NCBI GenBank assembly: GCA_963715645.1
Contig: OY970259.1
Coordinates: forward strand, 71,841-135,840
Length of the DNA stretch: 64,000 bases
Direction: 5' to 3'
Origin: an uncultured Thermoplasmata archaeon
GTDB lineage: Archaea > Thermoplasmatota > Thermoplasmata > Lutacidiplasmatales > UBA184
Part shown: positions 58,144 through 64,000 of the stretch, piece after piece
Numbering within the stretch: position 1 is the stretch's first letter
How the letters are laid out: each line of letters opens with the position of its first letter
Notes under the pieces: generated by a model
What the model was told of the DNA's origin: nothing
The model's input: the letters and a program-made list of their open reading frames with translations, nothing else
The model's database searches: none
Position numbers and translations under genes: made by a program

Positions 58144-58389
58144 ATGGCAGAAATGTGTTCAAGCTGCGGATGCTACTTCGCCTCTCCCGCCGAGCTCCTC
58201 ACGCACGCGCGAAAGTCGCACGCACCGGGCGACACGACATCGAGCCTGGCCATGAATCCCGCGAGCCGAACGCCCGGGGTGACCTGCGCGATGTGCGGGC
58301 GTACGTTCGCAACCCCGGAGCGTCTTGCGGCGCATGCCTTGCACCCGCATCCCACTCCTCGGCCGTTCGGGCGGCCCACGAGGTCGTAA
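58144..58389 (+). CDS. Small protein with two classical C2H2 zinc fingers
   Basis: 81 aa. CSSCGCYFASPAELLTHARKSH and CAMCGRTFATPERLAAHALHPH both fit C-x2-C-x3-F-x5-L-x2-H-x4-H. Confidence 0.65.
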   Translation: MAEMCSSCGCYFASPAELLTHARKSHAPGDTTSSLAMNPASRTPGVTCAMCGRTFATPERLAAHALHPHPTPRPFGRPTRS

Positions 58390-58487
58390 TGTACGGTCTC
58401 TCGTCCGTCGTCAGCGTGCGATGCCGCCGGGAGGCGTGAGCCCCGGCTCGCGAGTCGGGAAGAGCGGAGAGACCGAGGGAACGACCT

Positions 58488-58715
58488 ATGGTGGATCTCT
58501 GCCCAATATGTCGGAGGTCGTTCGACTCCACGTCGGCGGTCCTGTCGCACATGGCCAAACTACATCCGACCCAGAGCTCGGAGGCGGGTCGAGGCGATTC
58601 GTTGGTGTCGGGGCCTGTCGGCCTCGCGTGCCCCGATTGTGGCCAGAGGTTTTCGGCCGAGGTGGAACTCGCGCTCCACAACGCCCGGCTTCACCCGGCC
58701 CTGCGGCGATTGTGA
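58488..58715 (+). CDS. Small protein with two classical C2H2 zinc fingers (paralogue of 58144..58389)
   Basis: 75 aa. CPICRRSFDSTSAVLSHMAKLH and CPDCGQRFSAEVELALHNARLH fit C-x2-C-x3-F-x5-[LV]-x2-H-x4-H. GAGGGA lies upstream of the ATG. Confidence 0.65.
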   Translation: MVDLCPICRRSFDSTSAVLSHMAKLHPTQSSEAGRGDSLVSGPVGLACPDCGQRFSAEVELALHNARLHPALRRL

Positions 58716-59013
58716 CGTGGGAGCCGATACCCCCGGCGGTCCCCTCACAGCCCTGCGCCGGCCCCTCGGAAGGGTGTCCGCGGCCCCGGCGAGGTCGCAA
58801 CGAGCGCGGGCTCCCTCGCTCCGTTCGTTGTCCGCTCAGCCCTGCTCCGCGCGAATCCGCGCGGGCGGTTAGACCCTCCATCGAGAGCCAGCAGGAGACC
58901 CCCCGGGTCTTGGCCTCCATCGGCAACGTATTTGGCACCGTCTTCGCTGGGGGGCCGTGACCCTGCAACGCGGCGCTCCCGTGGCGGGATGAGGTGACCC
59001 GCCGATTCATCGG

Positions 59014-60667
59014 ATGACCCCTCACCCCAACTCCGACCGGTCCCCGTTAGGTGTCCGCGAGGCGCAAGCTCCGCCAATCCGCGTCACGGGGCCCCCTTCA
59101 CCCCATGACGATGAAGTGCTGACGCCCGCGGCGCTCGAGTTCGTCGGGGAACTTCACGTTCGGTTCGAGTCCCGCCGGCAAGAGCTTCTGCGACAGCGCG
59201 GCACCTTTCGCGCGATCCTCGAGGCGGGAGGTCTCCCCGACTTTCCCCGCGAGACGCAGCCCATCCGGACATCGGCCTGGAGGGTCGCCGCAGCGCCGGC
59301 CGACCTCGCCGACCGCCGCGTGGAGATCACCGGACCCACCGACCGGAAGATGGTCATCAATGCCCTCAACTCGGGCGCTCGGGTCTACATGGCCGACTTC
59401 GAAGATGCGCACGCCCCGACCTGGACCGGAACCGTGGTCGGTCAGGTCAACCTCCAGGACGCCGTCCGCCGGCGGATCACGTACACCTCACCGGACGGGC
59501 ACGAGTATCGGCTTCGGGAACCGGTGTCGACCCTGATGGTCCGCCCACGAGGCTGGCATTTGGAGGAGCGCCACGTCACGGTCAGGGGCCGACCGGTCTC
59601 GGCGAGCCTCTTCGACTTTGCTCTGTTCTTCTTCCACAACGCGGTCGAGCTGGTGCGGCGGGGAACGGCCCCGTACTTCTACCTGCCCAAGTTGGAGCAC
59701 TATCTCGAGGCCCGGCTCTGGAACGACGTGTTCGTCGCCGCCCAGGAGAGGATCGGGATCCCGCGGGGAACGATCCGCGCGACCGTGCTCATCGAGACCC
59801 TCCCCGCCGCGTTCCAGATGGAGGAGATCCTCTACGAACTGCGGGAGCATTCCGCGGGGCTGAACTGCGGGCGCTGGGATTACCTGTTCAGCTTCATCAA
59901 GCAGTTTCGGAACGACCGGCGCGTCCGTTTTCCCGACCGGGACCGTCTGGCGATGAGCACGCCCTTCCTCACCGCGTACTCGCACCTGCTCATCCAGACC
60001 TGCCACCGTCGGGGGGCGCACGCGATGGGGGGGATGGCGGCCCAGATCCCCATCAAGGACGACCCGTCCGAGAACGCAGCGGCCATCGCCAAGGTGGTCG
60101 CCGACAAGGAGCGCGAGGTCCGCGCCGGTCACGACGGGACCTGGGTCGCGCACCCCGGCCTCGTTCCCGTGGCGATGGAGGTCTTCGACCGGGAGATGCC
60201 GAAGCCCAACCAGATCGAGGCTCCGCTGTCGAGCGAACTCATCGGGCCCCGCGACCTCCTGACCGTACCTCCCGGCCCCATCACGGCAGGCGGGGTCCAC
60301 CGGAACATCCGCGTGGCCTTCCTCTACCTGGAGTCATGGCTCCAGGGGATCGGGTGCGTTCCGATCGACCACCTCATGGAGGACGCCGCCACGGCCGAGA
60401 TCGCCCGCTCCGAGCTGTGGCATTGGGTCCACCATTCGGCCGCCCTCGACGATGGTCGGACGGTCGATGCCACCCTCTTCCGCGAGCTCCTCTCCTCCGA
60501 GATGCGGCTCCTGCGGGACCGTCGGGGACCTCGGGACCCGAGCCCGTCGAATCGACCGTGCGGCTCGGATCCTCGAGGAGGTCGTGCTGGGGCCGCAGTT
60601 CGAGGAGTTTATCACGAGGCGCGCGTACACTGAGTTGGGAGACGTTCCCGTCGGGAGCGGGGGATGA
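59014..60667 (+). CDS. aceB: Malate synthase (A-type), one frame break near the 3' end
   Basis: [66 protein letters not shown]. The tail ..[23 protein letters not shown].. lies in ORF 60452..60667 after a break near 60524. Confidence 0.85.
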
Positions 60668-61999
60668 CGAGCGCGGCGAGTTGGGAGCCCAAGGACCCAG
60701 AGCGGTGGAAGGGGATCGAACGTCCCTACCGTCCCGACGATGTCGAACGGCTCCGCGGCTCCGTTCGGGTGGCCAACACCCTCGCGGACCTCGGAGCCCG
60801 ACGCTTGTGGCGCCTGCTCCAGAGCGAGCCGTTCGTGGCGTCCCTCGGCGCGATGACCGGCACCCAGGCGGTCCAGATGGTCGCGGGCGGGCTCCCGGCG
60901 ATCTACGCGAGCGGCTGGCAAGTGGCGGCCGACGCGAACACCGCCTCCGAGACCTACCCGGACCAGAGCCTGTATCCCGCCGACAGCATGCCCACCCTCG
61001 TCCGCCGCATCAACAACGCGTTCCGCCGAGAGGACGAAAAGCAGCACGCGGCGGGGCGGGGCGAGGTCCATTGGTACACGCCGATCCTCGCCGACGCCGA
61101 GGCGGGTTTCGGCGGGACCCTCAACGTCTTCGAACTCACGCGCTCGCTGATCGAGCGCCGGCGCGGCGGGGCTGCATCTCGAGGACCAGCTCGCTTCGGT
61201 CAAGAAGTGCGGCCACATGGGCGGAAAGGTCCTCGTCCCCGCCCGCGAGTTCAACCAAAAGCTGTGGGCGGCGCGTCTGGCCGCCGATATCCTCGACGTC
61301 CCGACCGTCCTGCTCGCCCGGACCGACGCGCTCAGCGCGAAGCTGCTCACGAGCGATATCGACCCCCGGGACGCCCCGTTCCTCACGGGCAAGCGGACCC
61401 CCGAGGGGTTCTTCGAGATCACCGGCGGGCTCGATATGGCGATCGCGCGGGGACTGGCCTACGCCCCGTACGCCGACCTCCTCTGGTTCGAGACGGCCGG
61501 ACCCGACCTGGAGGAGGCGGAACGGTTCGCCCGCGAGGTCCACCGCGACTTCCCCGGAAAGTTCCTCGCCTACAACTGTTCGCCGTCCTTCAACTGGCGT
61601 AAGAAGCTGAAGCCGGAAGTGATCGCCGACTTCCAGACCACCATCGCCGAGATGGGCTACCGTTTCCAGTTCGTGACGCTCGCCGGTTTCCACGCGGTGA
61701 ATCTTTCGATGTTCAAGCTGGCGCGAGGGTACGCTCGGACGGGCATGGCGGCCTACACCGACCTGCAGGAGGAGGAGTTCCGGGCCGAGGAGGAAGGATA
61801 CTCCGCGGTCAAGCACCAGTCGTTCGTCGGGGCCGGCTATTTCGACGACGTGTCGCAGGTGCTCTCGGGAGGACTGACGACCACCCTCGCCATGGAAGGC
61901 TCCACCGAGAAGGAGCAGTTCGTCGACCGCGCCGGCTCGAAGAGCCGTGGGGCCGGGCCGACTCCCTCTCGTTCCGCCGCATCCTCCAAGTCCGCCTAG
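60664..61999 (+). CDS. aceA: Isocitrate lyase, one frame break
   Basis: ATG overlaps the aceB stop (ATGA). [21 protein letters not shown]. After removing c 61156 it reads [31 protein letters not shown] (KKCGH signature), NCSPSFNW. The second half is ORF 61217..61999. Confidence 0.85.
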
Positions 62000-62604
62000 G
62001 GGCTGGTCCGCTGCGCGACGGCCCCTCCCTTCCGAGGAGGGCCAGGCGCTCGGTCGCCCCGGCCCGCGCGCAGGTACTTCCGGATGCGGGCGAGGTTCTC
62101 GCCGGGCGGGCGGACTCCATCGACCGTAAGGATCGGTTCGTTCCAGGGCTCATACTCCCGCCGAACGACCTCCTCCCAGGTGGGCGAGGGCAACGGCGGC
62201 GTCGGGGGGAGGCGAGACTCCACCCGACGACGGTGCGCGGAGGGGTCGGAACAAACGACCTCGATGACGAATCGGCGCGCCGCGCACTCCTCCGCAAGCT
62301 CCCGCCACATTCGGCGGGCCGGCTCGACCCCGTTGACGGCATCGATGACCGCATCCCGAGGGAGGCGCAGGTGCTCCCGGGCGATGTCCCGCGCCGCAAG
62401 GTACACCGCGAGGCCGGTCTCGAACGAGCGAGTTAGCCCGGCTTCCACCAGCGCGGCCTCGATGGTGTCGACCCGAAGCCAGACGGCGTCGAGCCCCGCC
62501 ACCAGGTGACGCGCGAGCGTCGATTTTCCCGTTCCCGGGAGGCCGGCCATCACGATGAGCCGGGGCCGCCCGCGCCGGCGAGCGGCTCGACCGGGGCCGG
62601 GCAT
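61996..62604 (-). CDS. P-loop ATPase/kinase (AAA_33 / zeta-toxin-like fold)
   Basis: [16 protein letters not shown] Walker A, about 200 aa. Convergent with aceA (4-nt overlap). Confidence 0.55.
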   Translation of the reverse strand: MPGPGRAARRRGRPRLIVMAGLPGTGKSTLARHLVAGLDAVWLRVDTIEAALVEAGLTRSFETGLAVYLAARDIAREHLRLPRDAVIDAVNGVEPARRMWRELAEECAARRFVIEVVCSDPSAHRRRVESRLPPTPPLPSPTWEEVVRREYEPWNEPILTVDGVRPPGENLARIRKYLRAGRGDRAPGPPRKGGAVAQRTSP

Positions 62605-62827
62605 TCCCGGGCCAGCTCGCAGGTCCTACTTGAGAGCGGGGGTGGGATGGGCGGTCCGAGCCGGACCGACGACGGGGGATCAACCTCGCCGGCTCGGGTC
62701 CCCCGCTTCGTGCACCCCTCCGAGCCCCCTTTCGGGATGGCCTTGGGTCTGCCCGAAGTCCGGACGACCCTTCCGTGTGAACCCGGGTTGAGGGAGGGCT
62801 TTCAAGCCCGCAGACCCACGCCACCTC

Positions 62828-64000
62828 GTGCGCGGTAAGGCCTCTCCTCGCCCCTCTCCGCCGGCCCGGGGTCCCCTCTCGGACCGACAACTCGTGCGGG
62901 AGCTCGAACGATTGCGGCGCCGCATGGTGGGGTTCGCATCCACGGCCGACCTCTCGCGGTTCGGAGCCGGTCGCGAAAGCGCCCGGAACCTCCTCCATTA
63001 CCTCGCGCTCCGCCGGCTCGACCTCCGCGGTCTCCAGCGGCGCTTGGCGGACCTGGGCCTCTCCTCGCTCGGGCGGGCGGAGGCGCACGCGTTGTACAAC
63101 CTCGACGCCGTCCTCGCACGCCTGAGTAGGAAGCGAGCGAGCGGAGCCTCGAGGGCCCCCGCCGCCCGGGAGCTGACCCCCCAGGAAGGGCGTCGCCTCA
63201 TCGACCGGCGCACGCGCCGCTTGCTGGGTCGTTCGCCCCGCGATCGGCGGACCCGCATCATGGTCACCCTGCCGACGGAGGCGGCGACCGACTACCCCCT
63301 GGTCCGTGACCTGGTGGCGGCCGGGATGGACGCGGCAAGGATCAACTGTGCCCACGACGACGAGACCCAGTGGACTCGGATGATCGCCCACGTCCGGCGA
63401 GCCGAACGCGCCCTCGGGCACTCCTGCCGCGTCGAGATGGACCTCGCAGGTCCGAAGCTCCGGACGGGACCCCTCCCCGCGGGACCGGCGGTGGTGAAGC
63501 TGCGCCCGCAGCGCGACGAATTCGGGCGGGTGGTCGCCCCCGGACGGGTGTGGTTGACCCCTGCCGAACGACCGACCCTCGCCCCGACCGGCGTCGACCC
63601 CGAGCTGAAGGTGGAGGGAGCCTGGCTGGCCCGCGTCGAAGTTCCCGGAGTCCTCTACCTGACTGATGCCCGGGGGGCCTCCCGCCAGCTCCGGTTGGTC
63701 CGCCGCCGTCGAGGCGGCTGCGAGGGCGAGGTCCGCAAGACGACCTACGTCAGCGAGACGACGGTGCTATGGGGGCGGGATCGACGGGGAAAGCGCACCT
63801 CGACCACCGCCGGGCCTCTGCCACGTAGCGAGGTCTCGATCCGCCTGAGAGTGGGCGATCACCTCCGCGTCACGGCGAGTCCTGAAGTGCGGCGCTCCCC
63901 CGTTCCCGGCGGGGACCTGCTCCGGAAGGCTCCCGAGGTCTCGTGCACCCTTCCGGCCGCCCTCTCGGGGGTCCGGGTCGGGCACCGGATCTGGTTCGAT
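62828..64000 (+). CDS. Divergent pyruvate-kinase-family protein with N-terminal extension (partial, runs off the window)
   Basis: Open frame to the window end, so it is absent from the ORF track. RIMVTLPTEAATDYPLVRDLVAAGMDAARINCAHDD..VEMDLAGPKLRTG parallels the PK motif KIVCTIGP..GMNVARLNFSHG..DL.GPKIR. Preceded by ~130 aa (..LLHYLALRRLDLRGLQRRLADLGLSSLGRAE..). Start GTG 62828, GTG 62894 or ATG 62924. Confidence 0.55.
   Translation, partial: MRGKASPRPSPPARGPLSDRQLVRELERLRRRMVGFASTADLSRFGAGRESARNLLHYLALRRLDLRGLQRRLADLGLSSLGRAEAHALYNLDAVLARLSRKRASGASRAPAARELTPQEGRRLIDRRTRRLLGRSPRDRRTRIMVTLPTEAATDYPLVRDLVAAGMDAARINCAHDDETQWTRMIAHVRRAERALGHSCRVEMDLAGPKLRTGPLPAGPAVVKLRPQRDEFGRVVAPGRVWLTPAERPTLAPTGVDPELKVEGAWLARVEVPGVLYLTDARGASRQLRLVRRRRGGCEGEVRKTTYVSETTVLWGRDRRGKRTSTTAGPLPRSEVSIRLRVGDHLRVTASPEVRRSPVPGGDLLRKAPEVSCTLPAALSGVRVGHRIWFD

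Noticed and set aside
62656-62697. 9-bp perfect stem (CCGAGCCGG..CCGGCTCGG) with a 24-nt loop in the ATPase / PK-like divergent spacer
   Set aside because: By a rough composition-based estimate, on the order of twenty such GC-rich hairpins are expected by chance in this window. Its position in a divergent promoter region does not fit a terminator.

Overview
Gene-dense, high-GC (roughly 65-70% by eye) archaeal chromosomal segment. Archaeal markers include TFS, Rpo11/RpoL, an ArcS-like protein, a Hef-type helicase, archaeal-looking tRNAs, and TATA boxes about 25-35 nt upstream of start codons. I call about 60 protein genes and 2 tRNAs; I found no rRNA, CRISPR array, IS element or integrase.

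Layout:
- 0-14 kb: housekeeping genes (tfs, purD, rpoL, kptA, dut, hef-like, ubiD/ubiA-like, arcS-like).
- 14.1-15.0 kb: tRNA-Val followed by a ~0.8 kb low-GC insert bounded by 15-bp direct repeats.
- 15.2-18.2 kb: MFS transporter, ChrB-domain protein, SAM methyltransferase, and an unlisted 57-aa ORF with 13 Cys that looks like a metallothionein.
- 20.7-27.4 kb: phosphate/polyphosphate locus. It holds PhoU, a SixA-like protein, two overlapping thymidylate-kinase-like genes coupled to ppx, a divergent CHAD gene, and a HAD hydrolase.
- 27.4-51.7 kb: amine / omega-amino-acid catabolic island. It holds four class-III aminotransferases, three aldehyde dehydrogenases, two amidohydrolases, a GS-like ligase, a saccharopine-dehydrogenase-like protein and a family-5 ABC importer. 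An Lrp regulator lies next to it.
- 54.2-57.8 kb: tRNA-Leu followed by HAD-IIB, a TreT-like GT4 and MscS.
- 58.1-58.7 kb: two tandem small proteins, each with two classical C2H2 zinc fingers.
- 59.0-62.0 kb: aceB-aceA glyoxylate-shunt operon.
- 62.8 kb to window end: a divergent pyruvate-kinase-like gene.

About 30 conserved genes need a single-nucleotide frame change to read through. I attribute this to consensus indel errors, so I annotated full-length spans.

All family assignments rest on motif recognition from memory. No database search was possible.
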